A stretch of DNA of 64,000 bases, taken from contig OZ336878.1 in assembly GCA_965287045.1 (NCBI GenBank), positions 34,906,001-34,970,000 on the forward strand. Reading direction: 5' to 3'. A model generated the notes under the pieces. The model was not told where the DNA came from, searched no databases, and was given only the letters and a program-made list of their open reading frames with translations. Both the position numbers and the translations under genes were made by a program. This DNA is from Carcharhinus amblyrhynchos. Its lineage: Eukaryota. The first letter of the stretch is position 1. Every line of letters begins with the position of its first letter. Of this stretch, positions 12,223 through 24,671 are shown piece after piece.

Positions 12223-12240
12223 GGGGGGGGGGGGGGGGGG
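12223..12240 (+). repeat. G18 homopolymer
   Basis: 18 consecutive G. Confidence 0.9.
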
Positions 12241-12297
12241 TGTTGGGGCGGCGCTACAGCAGCAGAGGGGGAAACTCATAAGGAAATGCACAGCGTC

Positions 12298-12415
12298 AAT
12301 CATTAGTAAGTATGTAGAAGACTGTGTGCCAAAGAAGCAAATCCATGTGTTTCCCTACCAGAAACCATGGATGAACATGGATATCCACTGCCTGCTGAAG
12401 TCCAGGGCTGAGCAA
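12298..12415 (+). mobile_element. Rex1/Babar LINE internal fragment
   Basis: ISKYVEDCVPKKQIHVFPYQKPWMN, typical of the Rex1 segment between EN and RT. Confidence 0.7.
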
Positions 12416-12669
12416 GAGGTCAGCGATGAGATTTAGAAAGGCTAACAACTCAGAAGATTAAGTTGTTGATACATAATGCAATGATGATTTCGCATCCTTT
12501 ATAATTACACTATTCATAGAAGTTTCCTTTTAGTTATGCCTCAATATCATTAAAATTAGCTAATACTTTCAATATCACCTTCATTTATTAAGCATTAAAA
12601 TACTCATTGGAACAACATTTGCTGTTATTTATTTACCTGCTGGGAGTATTTAAATGGTGATGGTTGAAG

Positions 12670-13100
12670 GTTGGTATTGGCTAGGACTCTGGGGGTAACT
12701 TCCTTGCTTGTTTCAAGGGACTTTTCATGTCCATCTGAGGAGGCAGATAGGGTATTGGTTTAATGTCTCAGCTGATGGCACACAGGGTGGCATGGTGGCA
12801 TAGCGGTTAGCACTACTGCCTCACGGTGCCAGAGACCTGAGTTCAATTCCTGGCTTGGGTCACTATCTGTGTGGATTTTGCGTGTTTTCCCCTGGGTGCT
12901 CTGATATGCAGGCTAGGTGAGTTGGTCTTGTTAAATTTCCTTAATGTTAGGGGCGATTAGCAAGGTAAATACATGGCGATACAGGGATAGGGCCTGGATT
13001 GTTGTCAGTGCAGGTTGGATAGGCTGAATGGCCTCCTTCTTCACCGTAGGGATTCTATGATTCTATGAAAAATGGCATCTCCAATTGCACAGCAATAATG
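12670..13100 (-). mobile_element. DeuSINE fragment interrupted by an HE1 insertion
   Basis: Antisense Deu-domain GGCAGATAGGG...GGTTTAATGTCTCA resumes as AAAATGGCATCTCC after the HE1. Confidence 0.55.
12785..13067 (+). mobile_element. HE1 V-SINE
   Basis: Head GGCATGGTGGCATAGCGGTTAGCAC; tail GGGATTCTATGATTCTATG. Confidence 0.85.
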
Positions 13101-13364
13101 CACAGCTAACCCTCAAAACTGGGGCTGCGGAGTGTGAACCTTGGAACAGCAATTTTTAAAAAGTGTGCCATGGAGCGCTTGATGAAGAAAACTGCTGGAA
13201 GCACATTTAAATTCCTTCCAGCACCTCCTAGAACTGATAATCTCTGCCTAACTTTCCAGCCTGTGGCTACAGCTACAGCTTAGTACAGCTGTACTACAGC
13301 TAAGAGACCATGCATCCCTGTAACCATGAAGTTCAACAGGGTCTGTGATTGGGGTCCTAAACAG

Positions 13365-14763
13365 AGGGGAACAGAGACTTTGCCGGGAATTATAGACCGG
13401 TGAGTCTTACTTCTGTTGTGGGCAAGGTTTTAGAAAAATTATTAGGGATAGGATTTATAGTTATTTGGAGTGTAATGAATTGATTAGAAATAGTCAGCAT
13501 GGTTTTGTAGCGGGTAGGTCGTGCCTTACTAACCTTATTGAGTTTTTTGAGAAGGTGACCAAAGAGGTGGATGGGGGCAAGGCAGTTGACGTGGTATATA
13601 TGGATTTTAGTAAGGCGTTTGATAAGGTTCACCATGGTAGGCTTCTGCAGAAAATGCAGATGTATGGGATTGTGGGTAATCTAAGAAGTTGGATCAGGAA
13701 TTGGCTATCAGATAGGAGACAGAGGGTGGTGGTTGATGGTAAATATTCATCATGGAGTTCGGTTACGAGTGGTGTGCCTCAGGGATCTGTTTTGGGGCCA
13801 CTGTTGTCTGTAATCTTTATTAATGATCTGGATGAGGGTATAGTTGGGTGGATTAGTAAATTTGCTGATGACACCAAAGTCGGAGGTGTGGTAGATTGTG
13901 AGGAAGGGTGTCATAGTCTGCAGGGAGACTTAGATAGGTTGCAGAGCTGGGCCGAGAGGTGGCGGATGGAATTTAATGTGGAGAAGTGTGAGGTAATTCA
14001 CTTTGGTAGGAGCAACAGATGTGTCGAGTATAGGGCTAACGGGAGGACTTTGAATAGTGTGGATGAACAGAGGGATCTAGGTGTATGTGTACATAGATCC
14101 CTGAAAGTTGGGAATCAAGTAGATAAGGTTGTTAAGAAGGCGTACGGTGTCTTGGCGTTTATTGGTAGGGGGATTGAATTTAGGAGTCGCAGCGTCATGT
14201 TGCAACTGTACACTACTCTGGTGCGGCCGCACTTGGAGTACTGTGTGCAGTTCTGGTCCCCACATTACAAGAAGGATGTGGAGGCTTTGGAGAGGGTGCA
14301 GAGGAGGTTTACTAGGATGTTGCCTGGTATGGTGGGGAGGTCCTATGAGGAGAGACTGAGGGATTTAGGGTTGTTTTCGTTGGAAAGAAGGCGGCTAAGA
14401 GGGGATCTTATTGAAACATATAAGATGATTAGAGGTTTAGATAGGGTGGATGGTGATAGCCTTTTTCCTCGGATGGAGAAAGCTAGCACGAGGGGGCATG
14501 GCTTTAAATTAAGGGGGGGTAGCTACAGGACGGATGTCAGGGGTAGGTTCTTTACCCAGCGGGTGGTGAGGGATTGGAATGCCCTGCCTGCTGCAGTTGT
14601 AAATGCGCCTAGTTTGGGGGCGTTTAAGAGATCTGTGGATAGGTTTATGGACGAAAAGGGATTGGTATAGGCTAGTGGGTCATTGTTTTTGTAACTGGTC
14701 GGCGCAACATCGTGGGCCGAAGGGCCTGTTCTGCGCTGTAATGTTCTATGTTCTATGTTCTAT
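13365..14763 (+). mobile_element. Young 5'-truncated CR1 LINE (subfamily A)
   Basis: NYRPVSLTS, QHGF, YMDFSKAFDKV, GVPQGSVLGP, KFADD; (TGTTCTA)n tail; TAAACAG direct repeats at 13358-13364 and 14764-14770. Confidence 0.97.
13465..14670 (+). CDS. CR1 ORF2 reverse transcriptase domain and C-terminus, uninterrupted 401 codons (truncated TE ORF, not a host gene)
   Basis: RT motifs intact; endonuclease missing; 1-nt frameshift just upstream in the A-run at ~13434-13438. Confidence 0.9.
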   Translation: MECNELIRNSQHGFVAGRSCLTNLIEFFEKVTKEVDGGKAVDVVYMDFSKAFDKVHHGRLLQKMQMYGIVGNLRSWIRNWLSDRRQRVVVDGKYSSWSSVTSGVPQGSVLGPLLSVIFINDLDEGIVGWISKFADDTKVGGVVDCEEGCHSLQGDLDRLQSWAERWRMEFNVEKCEVIHFGRSNRCVEYRANGRTLNSVDEQRDLGVCVHRSLKVGNQVDKVVKKAYGVLAFIGRGIEFRSRSVMLQLYTTLVRPHLEYCVQFWSPHYKKDVEALERVQRRFTRMLPGMVGRSYEERLRDLGLFSLERRRLRGDLIETYKMIRGLDRVDGDSLFPRMEKASTRGHGFKLRGGSYRTDVRGRFFTQRVVRDWNALPAAVVNAPSLGAFKRSVDRFMDEKGLV

Positions 14764-15264
14764 TAAACAGTCTCTTCCAGCACCTGAATTAGATATATTT
14801 TTACTACCTCCCCTGAGTAATGCCCTCCCCACAACCCCAGTGCCTGTAGATGAACTGTAATAGAGGAACAAAATCAGGAATTGTCATCTCCACTTTATGT
14901 TACCAGCCTGAGGGAAAAGATAAATATCAATCAGACTAACACGTGAAGTATCCCTTGACACCAGTTCATACAGTATCATTCATATTATTACAAAAGAACC
15001 CTTGACTGCCACCTTTTATACACATCGGTCATTCAAGCAATCCTGGAAAGAGTGATTTTTTTTGCACAAAGGTGTAAATAATTTTACATAACACTATTAT
15101 ACGGCAGTAAAAACAATATACATTTTCTTTGCTATTTCAATACATTTGACTCCAGTTTTGATTTCTTGAGAATAATCCTACTAGTCACACTAAACCATGT
15201 GCTGCAAAACCATGGGAAAGACTAGGTTCAACCGAAGCTGAAAAGTAATGTATCTAACTTCAGT

Positions 15265-16000
15265 GTATAAAGAAAGAACAAATTCACATTTATACAATGC
15301 CTTTTACATCCTTAGGCCATCTCAAAGTACTTCAAAGGAAATGAAGCATTTTTGAAGTCTAGTCACTGTTGAAATGTTAGCAGACGCAGTCAATTTGAGT
15401 AGAACAATGGGGATAAGTGACCAGATCACTTATTTTAGTGTCGATGGTTAAAGGATAAACGTTTAAGTTTATTTATTAGTCTCTCAAGCAGGTTTATATT
15501 GATACTGCAATAAAGTTACTGTGAAAATCCCTTAGTTGCCACATTCCGGCACCTGTTCAGATACACTGAGGGGGAACTTAGCATGGCCAATGTATCTAAC
15601 CAGCACGCCTTTCAGACTGTGGGAGAAAACCAGAGGAAACCCATGTAGACACGGGGAGAATGTGCAGGCTCTGCACAGTGACCCAAGGCAGAAATCGAAC
15701 CCGGGTTCCTGGCGCTGTGAGGCAACAATGCTAGGCTGCTGTGCTGCCAAATGTTGCTTTGGACATGGGGTGAACAGTTTATCTTCAAATCATGCTATTG
15801 TATCTTTCACATCCACCCTGTAGAAAGCCAGGACTTTGGTTCAATGTCTTATCCAAAGGGCAGAACCTCTGACAGTGTAGCACTCGCTTAGCGCCTCACT
15901 GGAGTGTCAGCATGGATTATACTCTTAATCCCCAGAGTGGGGCTTGTTCACACTTCCTCTGAAACAAAGGTGAGAACGCAACAACAGAATCAAGGCTGAA
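15265..16000 (-). mobile_element. DeuSINE, near full length, split by a V-SINE insertion
   Basis: Antisense L2-like tail ACAAATTCACATTTATACAATGCC and Deu-domain ACCTCTGACAGTGTAGCACTC...CACTGGAGTGTCAGC on either side of the insert. Confidence 0.7.
15462..15750 (-). mobile_element. HE1-like V-SINE, alternative-tail variant
   Basis: Same tail as 10830-11118. Confidence 0.85.
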
Positions 16001-16407
16001 ACCCAGATATCTCTTGTTGAAACAGAAGTGAAGGAATTTCAAAAGTCCCTGGAAAAGAATCGATGCTTGCACTATATTTACTGTCTTGGAGGTGGGTGCT
16101 CAAATTCTGCTAAACAGATCCCGTGAAAATAAATCTACCCCTTGTGAAAATGTGTTACGTTACAGCCCATTTCAAATTGATACGAATTATATTTGATTTT
16201 AGTTGCTATTGTCAGATTTAAAAGGCTAATGCAAAAAAACTTTCCCCAATCATCAAAAGTTCTCACGTTCGTTTCTCAAAATCCAGTAACCCATTTAAGA
16301 ATAAAATTGCAAGCAGGAATATTTACTACTATCTTGGTGCAGTCAATGCAATTTGCAGCTAGTGACAGAACACAATATTTGCCACCCTTCATGCAGAAAT
16401 TTCAAAT

Positions 16408-17175
16408 GCTTTTTATTTATTCATTTGTGGGACGTGGGTATCTCTGGTGAGGCCAGCATTTATTGCCCATTCCTAGTTGTCCTTCAGGAAGTGGTGGGGA
16501 GCTGTGTGGTTGAACCACAGCAGTCTCAGAAGTGTAGATACACTCTCAGCACTGTTAGGGAGGAAATTCCAGGAAATTGAACCAGCGATAGTGAAGAAAT
16601 GGTGACATATTTCCAGGTCAGGATGGTGAGTGCCTTGGAGGGGAATCTACAGGTTAGGTGGTGTTCCCAGGTCTTTGTTGCTTTTGCCCTTCTAGAGAGT
16701 CACAGTGTGTTTGAAAGGTGCTGCCTTGGTGAGTTTCTGCAGTGCACCTTGTAGATGGTACACACTGCTGCCACTGTTTGTCGGTGGTGGAGGGACTGAA
16801 TATTGGTGGAAGGGATAGCAATTAAACCGGTTGCGTGTTTTGTCCTGGATGGTGTCAAGCTTCTTGAGTGTTTTTGGAGCTGCATTCTTCCAGGAAAGTG
16901 GAGAGTATTCCATTACACTCCTGACTTGTGCCCTGTAGATTGTGGACAGGCTGAGTACTCAGGAAGTTCAGGATTTCTAGCCTCTGACCTGCTCTGGTAG
17001 CCACAGTATTTATATGGCTAGTAGAGATCAGTTTCTGGTCAATGGTAACCCCCAGGATGTTGATAGTAGGGGGGGTTCAGCAGAGGCAATGCCTTTGAAT
17101 GTCAAGCAGCAATGGTTAGATCCTCTCTTGGTGGAGATGGCTATTGCCTGGCATTTGTGTGGCATGAATTTTACT
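16408..17175 (-). mobile_element. Jockey/CR1-group LINE 3' fragment (distinct from the amniote-type CR1s here)
   Basis: MEYSPLSW..LKKLDTIQDK and SLHHRQTVAAVCTIYKVHCRNSP; tail GGGCAATAAATGCTGGCC...AATGAATAAATAAAA. Confidence 0.8.
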
Positions 17176-18879
17176 GAGATATCAACTGCCAATGCAGTGC
17201 AATGTGCACTCCAAACAACAAGCTAAACCTAGGATGTAGATGAAGGCAGCAAAAATACATTTAAAAATTGCATTGAAAATACAACAGCAATATTGAATGG
17301 CCTACTCCTGTTCCTGCATCACTTGTGTCAAATGGACACAAGCTGAGAGCAATGAATCAATTAGCACATATTATACTGTGCTAAGGATAAAAGAGACCAC
17401 ATGGACTTCTACTCAAACATGAGCAGATGTCCAGTGATATTGAGTGATCTATGAAAAGAACTGGCCTTCCTGATATTTTCAAAATTAAAACATTTCCAAT
17501 CCCAATGTCTCATCATAATGTAATAGATGAATATTTAAATTGCAAGTTTACAGACATTTTACACAATTGTGCATTCGTGGAGAGATCCAACAGTTATGGT
17601 TGTGGAAGTCTGGTCAATGGAGGGTTCTTTCTTTCTTTAAACATGACTTATAAAAATTATAATATTTAAGAAAGCCTCTTACCAGTGAGATTCGCCATTT
17701 CTAGAGATGAGAGGTGAGATGTCAGGGTGGTTCCACATCACTTCTGATTGCAATATTCATTTGTGCTTAAACTTGTTGGCTTAAGCTACAGCTACACTAG
17801 AGATTCTGCATTATTTTGATGCAAAACTTTGTTGAATTGACACAAGATCTCCAGTTTAGTTGACCTTTCAATTCATGTCCCATAAATACAATAGTCTCAA
17901 TGGTCCTACTACTAAGAATAGCTGCCTGTTTTGTGTTGCAAATAACGTACAAAGCAGCTTCAATAAGTCATTCAGTGCAATTGTTCCATTTACAGGAATT
18001 TTCAAATGCCCCATTATTGGAAATGACTTTCTCTTAAAGCTATACTCCCTGTTAGGGTATTTATTACACATGATTTATTTTTATTCAGGGCAGTTAAGGG
18101 TTAAAGCCAACCATAGAGCTGCCATTATTCCACTCACAGAAAGACAGAAATTGTTGCCAGTTATTATACAAATGATAAGCATTGAAAGATGTGGGCACAT
18201 GTCTGGAAGGGTTTTTTTCCCTGTAACAACTTTTCACAAAGATCTTGTACTTCCTCAAGATTCCCTATTACATGCTGCACCACTCAGGTGGATATAGAAC
18301 AAAATAGATGCTGCAATGTACTTCTAATATGTTCTAATGTATCTAATTATCTAATGTATATTCATGAGCAGAATTCTCCCATCCAGGGACTAAGTCCCAT
18401 GCCAGACAGGGCAGGAACATGGAGCATTTCCCACTGTGGAGCTCGGGGGGAAAACATGCCAAATCTTCATGCCCAATCTCATTAATCATGCAATCGGGTG
18501 TTTTGCACCGCACTGCATGGAAGGGCAGGCCTGGATGGTGTGCAGTCCATCATCCTACCCTGGGTTCCGTATTGAAAAGATCTCAGACCCACTATTGAAG
18601 AAAGAGGATGAACTTCTTGAAAATGAAGAAGGATCTCTGATAACGCTCTGAGGCCAGAAGATGGACCTCCTGAGAACAAAAATAGATCTCCAGGGACATT
18701 GAGAGGCTGGACCTCCTCCAGGATACACTGAAACTGGAAGGTCCACCTGAAGATGTTCCCTCCATCCTCTGATGTGGTGCTCAGAGTCCAGGGTTGCTGG
18801 TGGCCTCCATTCTAATCTTCCATGGCAACTCACTCAGTATCTTGTCTTGAGCAGATTGATGAAAATACCTGGCCTGATA

Positions 18880-21400
18880 CCTGATTTGATTTATTATTGT
18901 CACATGTATTAGTATACATTGAAAGTATCGTTTCTTGCACAATATACAAAGCATACCAATCATAGAGAAGCAAAGGAGAGAGTGGAGAATGTAGCATTAT
19001 CATCATTCCTAGGATTAGAGAAAGATCAACTTAATGCGAGATAGGTCTCTGATGGCAGGGAAGAAGCTGTTCTTCTGTTGGTTTGTACGTATCCTCAGAC
19101 TTTTGTATCTTTTTCCCGATGGAAGGTGGTGGAAGAGAGTTTGTCCGGGTGTGTGGGGTCCTTAATTATGCTGTCTGCTTTTCTGAGGCAATGGGAAATG
19201 TAGACAGAGTCACTGTGTGGTAGGTTGGTTTGAGTGATGGCCTGGGTTTAAGAACATAAGAACATAAGAAATAGGAGCAGGAGTAGGCCATCTAGCCCTT
19301 CGAGCCTGCCCCGCCATTCAATAAGATCATGGCTGATCTGTCGTGGCTCAGTTCCACATTCCCGCCCTCTCCCCATAACCCTTAATCCCCTCGCTTATCA
19401 AAAACCCATCAACCCGCGTCTTAAAAATATTTAGCGAGGCAGCCTCCACCACTTCAACGGGCAGAGAATTCCAGAGATTCACCACCCTTTGAGTGAAGAA
19501 GTTCCTCCTCAACTCCGTTCTAAACTGCCCCCCCTTTATCTTGAGGCTGTGCCCCCTAGTCCTACTGTCCTTTCTGAGCGGGAAGAGTCTCTCCACCTCT
19601 ATCCTATCCATCCCATTCATTATCTTATATGTCTCAATGAGATCTCCTCTCATTCTTCTAAACTCTAACGAGTACAAGCCTAGTTTATTCAGCCTCTCCT
19701 CATAGCTCAACCCCCTCAACTCCGGTATCAGCTTAGTAAACCTCCTCTGCACTCCCTCCAAGGCCAAAATATCCTTGCGTAAGTGCGGCGCCCAAAACTG
19801 CACACAGTACTCCAGCTGCGGCCTCACCAATGCCCTATACAGCTGCAGCAATACCTCCCTACTTTTATATTCAATCCCCCTCGCTATGAAGGCCAGCATC
19901 CCATTCGCCTTCCTGACCACCTGCTGCAGGCTGGGTTTTTGCGACTCATGCACAAGGACCCCGAGGTCCCTCTGCACCGTCGCCTGCTGCAGTTTCATTC
20001 ATGACCCTTTGTAGTTTCTTCCAGTCTGGGACAGAGCAGGAGCCATACCAAGCTGTGATACAACCAGAAAGAATGCTTTCTTTGGTGCTTCTGTAAACAT
20101 TGGAAAGAGTAGTAGCTGACATGCCAAATTTCCTTAGTCTTCTGAGAAAGTAGGGGCATTGGTGCGCTTTCTTAACTATGGTGTCGGTATGGGAGGACCA
20201 GGGCAGATTTTTGGTGATCGGGACACCTAAAAGCTCGAAGTCTCAACCATTTTTACTTCAACCCCGTTGAGGTAGACAGGGGATGTCGTCTACTAAGTTT
20301 CCTGAAGTTGATGACTATCTCCTTCATTTTGTTTACATTGAGGGAGAGATTATTGTTGTCACACCAATTCACCAGATTCTCTACTGCTTTCCTCTAGTCC
20401 ATCTCATCATTATTTGAGATCTGACCCACTACGGTGACGTCATCAGCAAACTTGAAAATCGACTTGGAGGGGAATTTGACCACACAGTCAAAGGTATATA
20501 AGGAGTTCAGAAAGGGGCTGACGACACAGCCTTGTGGGGCACCGGTGTTGAGGATGATTGTGGAGGAGATGTTGTTGCCTATCCTTACTGATTGTGGTCT
20601 GTGGGTTAAGAAGTTCAGGCTCTAGTCGCAGAGAGAGGAGCCAAGCCCCAGGCCATGGAGTGTGGAGATGAGTTTCATAGTAATAATGATGTTGAAGGCT
20701 GAACTGTAGTTAATAAAAAGAAGTCTGACATAGGTGTCTTTGTTATCTAGGGTTGAGTGTAGAGCCATAGAATTGGCAATTGCTGAGGACCTGTTGTGGC
20801 AATATGTGAACTGTAATGGATCCAGGTAATACGGTTGGCCAGAATTGATTTGTGCCACGACTAACCTTTCAAAGCACTTCATAACGATGGATGTCAGAGC
20901 CACTGGACGATAGTCATTAAGGCACGCTGCTTAGTTTTTCTTTGGTACCGGGTCGTCTTCTTGAAGCAGATACGGACCTCAGATTGTTGTGAAGAGAAGG
21001 TGAAGATATCTCTGAATACCCTTGCCAGCTTGACCGTGCAGGATCTGAGTGCTTGGCAGAGCACCCATCCAGACCTGTCGCTTTCCGTGAATTGACCTCG
21101 GATACAGGTTCATCCGAGGTTTCTGGGGTGGAAGGTATGATCTCGCTGACCTCTTGCTCAAAATGGGCATAGAAAACATTGGGCTCAACAGGGAGGGGTG
21201 CGTTGTTGCCAGCAATTTTACCTGCCTTCATCTTCTGGCCTGTTATGTCTCACAGACCTTCCCAGTTGGCAGGGGGTCCGTGTGACTAGCCTGGGACTCT
21301 AGCTTGGTCCAGTGCTGTCTTTTGGCATCTTTGATGGATCTCCTTAGATCATGTCTGGCTTTTTTGTACAGGCCAGGGTCTGGTGACTTGAATGCCTCAA
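18880..21400 (-). mobile_element. Rex1/Babar LINE, long disabled copy with a nested CR1
   Basis: [14 protein letters not shown]...DPLQF...YVRLLF..YSSAFN RT motifs; (AAATC)n tail at ~18880. Confidence 0.92.
19250..19995 (-). mobile_element. Young 5'-truncated CR1 LINE (subfamily B) nested in Rex1
   Basis: Uninterrupted ORF2 C-terminus (RDLGV...LVRPQLEYCVQFWAP...FFTQRVVNLWN); (TTATGTTC)n tail; Rex1 sequence continuous across the insert. Confidence 0.95.
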
Positions 21401-21608
21401 TTCTCTCTGGACCTGTTATACAAACTCAGTCTCTGTGCGTTGTGCCTGAAGAGCAGACTTCAAAGAACATCTCTCTTTCCCTCTCCTCCTATACTGTCTG
21501 CAGTTCTGAGTGAGTTAACCTTCAGTCAGAAAATTTTCATATCAGAATAGTTCATCTGTATTTTTAAAAATCTGTGAAGCTGTGACAGCAAGAGTTATCA
21601 AAGATAAT

Positions 21609-21725
21609 GGGGCAAATTTTCCCATTCTGGAAATTGGAATGGACAAGGGGTGGATCATGGAAAGGTCGTTGACCTTGAGCAGGATTTTCCAGTTTCGCGG
21701 CGAGTGCGGCCAGAAAATCTCACCT
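21609..21725. mobile_element. MITE, PIF/Harbinger-like
   Basis: TIRs GGGGCAAATTTT...AAAATCTCACCT. Confidence 0.55.
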
Positions 21726-22572
21726 AGTGATTGAACAGATCCATTTGAAAGGACTTGCAGATCTACTGTGACCAAGTTTCTGTCAGATTGCCAGTGTAAA
21801 AACCCTTTCGAACTTTATCCTTTTTATCGTATTCCCTTACTCCAAGCTCTGCAAGGATCCAATTTGTTTTGTTTTTCATTTTGTGTTTGTGCGCGGGTGT
21901 TTGTGTATTCATATTTTTTAGAAAAGGAGGTAAATTCTTGCATTTCTAGATTGCAAACTGTATGTTAACCATTTTTTCAACTTGTTTTCAAAATAAGTTT
22001 GTTTTTTAATACATCAATTATTTTGTGCTTATTGAAAGAAGCCTGGTGAAAGTCTCTTTTATCCTGGGTCTAGTGGTTGCAAAGATAAACAATTGACTAT
22101 TTTGGTGAGGGAATTAAATATTTAAGCTATTGTTGTGACCTTTGGAGAAGTGGAGCTAGAACTGTTACTCCTCCTATCACGGTTGTAGTAACTGCTAATG
22201 CAAAAGTACAGTTCATTGGACAATGGCAACAGTTCTCCATTTTGTTCAGCTAGTTATTTGTCAAGTATGGAGATAGACAAGAAACAGTTGGCCAGCTACT
22301 TGATATTACCACAAAGATGATCACTATGCTGCAATTCTGACAGAAAATGCTCTCCAAAATTCTTGTCTCATTTGCAGATGGTTTGAACGACTTCATGTAC
22401 AAGGATTCTTGACTTCAATACAAGAAATGACATGTGAAGATAGACTGCAAATATATTATTAATGTTAATTCCTTTTTTTTACTCTAACAGGCTCAGTGAT
22501 TAATCCAAGCATAGGATGAGCAATAGAAAATGCATTTCAGCATCCATTACAACGGAACAAACATAAAGGCAA

Positions 22573-22833
22573 TGTAGCATAAGAATATCTAGTATAGCAA
22601 GGGTTAATGTAGCACTGGGTAACCAGACCACTCACACTGTGATGTAGAGAGACACATGACTTGCTAAGTCGGTTATGGATTAGACAGAGACTTGTGTAGA
22701 AGCAAGCATGGAGTTTGCTCATAGCTTGAGCTGTACCCTGCATACACGTACATAGTTGTGTTCTTAAAAAAATCTTAAAGTTCAGTCATACAAGACTCAA
22801 AACCTGTTCATGAGATGTACTCAACATAAAACA
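22573..22833 (+). mobile_element. Possible solo LTR
   Basis: TGT...ACA termini; imperfect 5-bp flanks GGCAA/AGCAG. Confidence 0.4.
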
Positions 22834-23324
22834 AGCAGCACCTTGTATTACTTGATTAATGCTTTATCATAAAACAAAAACAGCTGAAAGGGCAAAAAAG
22901 ATTTAAAGATATGGTTATATTTTTAATATTCTGCATCTTTGTGATGCCCATCTTTTTCTTATTACATCACAAAGACAAGAATCCTCTTTTAAGCTGTTAC
23001 TACGTCAGCCATAGTCAATTTACTTATTGTGAGTCGAAAATGACTTAGCTCAGTTGAGTATAGAGAAAATCTCATGGTAGTGTTTTGCATTGTATTAAAG
23101 TAGGAAGAAAGTACCCTCAATAAGAAGCTTAATTAGCCCAACTGCAATTATAATGAACAAGTCAATAAGCATGGGCATTAATGATGCGATAAAAATTAGA
23201 AAGGCTTCAAAAATCTTTGTTTAAAACATGCAAGAGCCAACTGTAGGTCCCTTTCAATTGTTTCAGCAACAGATTTTACTGATCTGAATTCAACCCTACC
23301 CTCCCACTGATACAATTGTCATTG

Positions 23325-23615
23325 TCGTCAGTCCCTTCAGCTGAGGAAGACGTCTTTCAGGCTTTCTATGCATTGATTTGTCTCCTTTACAATGACACCT
23401 TCTTTCAGGGTGATTTCTCTATTCTCTCTAAGATCGGTCATCATCCCTAAGTTGTGAAAAGTGGATCTATTTCACAAAGCAATTACTTGGCATGTGGATA
23501 TTGTGTCTAGACCATTTTGTATGATCAAGGATGTGTTGCTGGAGGAACTGCCTTCAGTGAGGATTCTGGAGTTTGTTCACCAGTCTTCCCACTTGACTTT
23601 GATCACACAATAAGG
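23325..23615 (-). mobile_element. Old RTE-clade LINE 3' fragment
   Basis: Antisense of an RTE-like end (..CTGAAGGGACTGACGAC); heavily diverged. Confidence 0.4.
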
Positions 23616-23904
23616 AGGTTTTAACTGAAGTATAAGTGGTAGAGGCTGCAAGAGAACACAGCCACTATGGAATATAGCTTCAGTACATTTTGTATAACAG
23701 ATCACAGTGTTAGGTATTTTGTCCTGCAATCTGATCTTCAGAAGCTTTAGTTCCAGTGGCGGAATTCCCTGGGAGCCAGGGCAGGTGACCTCAAAACAAG
23801 TGTGGCTGAGGCTGAGTGTGGGGAGAGGCTGGGTGGAAGACCAACCCTGTGTCTAAGATTTAAAAATAAACAGAAATCCAGAAAACAGCCTTTCACAACC
23901 TCTA

Positions 23905-24452
23905 GTGCGGCCGCACTTGGAGTACTGTGTGCAGTTCTGGTCCCCGCATTACAAGAAGGATGTGGAGGCGTTGGAGAGGGTGCAGAGGAGGTTTACTAGG
24001 ATGTTGCCTGGTATGGTGGGGAGGTCCTGTGAGGAGAGACTGAGGGATTTAGGGTTGTTTTCGTTGGAAAGAAGGCGGCTAAGAGGGGATCTTATTGAAA
24101 CATATAAGATGATTAGAGGTTTAGATAGGGTGGATAGTGATAGCCTTTTTCCTCGGATGGAGAAAGCTAGCACGAGGGGGCATGGCTTTAAATTAAGGGG
24201 GGGTAGCTACAGGACGGATGTCAGGGGTAGGTTCTTTACCCAGCGGGTGGTGAGGGATTGGAATGCCCTGCCTGCTGAAGTTGTAAATGCGTCTAGTTTG
24301 GGGGCGTTTAAGAGATCTCTGGATAGGTTTATGGACGAAAAGGGATTGGTATAGGCTAGTGGGTCATAGTTTTTGTAACTGGTCGGCGCAACATCGTGGG
24401 CCGAAGGGCCTGTTCTGCGCTGTAATGTTCTATGTTCTATGTTCTATGTTCT
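23905..24452 (+). mobile_element. Young 5'-truncated CR1 LINE (subfamily A, second copy)
   Basis: About 8 substitutions (hand count) versus 14221-14762; open ORF2 C-terminus; (TGTTCTA)4 tail. Confidence 0.95.
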
Positions 24453-24575
24453 AAAACCCCACACGATATGGGGAGAATGTGCCAACTCCACACAGACAAT
24501 GACCCAAGCTGGGAATCGAACTTGCATCCCTGGCACTGTGAGGCAGCACTGCTAACCACTGTGCTACCAACCCAC
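24453..24575 (-). mobile_element. HE1 V-SINE 5' half
   Basis: CTGTGAGGCAGCACTGCTAACCACTGTGC antisense head. Confidence 0.8.
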
Positions 24576-24671
24576 CCCAACAATTGGTTTCAAACAACTC
24601 TCATACAAAAAAATCAGAGGAGTGGAGGCAATTGTTGATTTCTGTGGGCAGCTGCCTCCATGAAACGCACA

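Noticed and set aside
13261-13304. CTACAG micro-repeats with a 14-bp palindrome AGTACAGCTGTACT
   Set aside because: Short slippage or template-switch pattern with no further structure.
17860-18297. 145-aa ORF
   Set aside because: Non-ATG start, no recognisable domain, no convincing splice donor.
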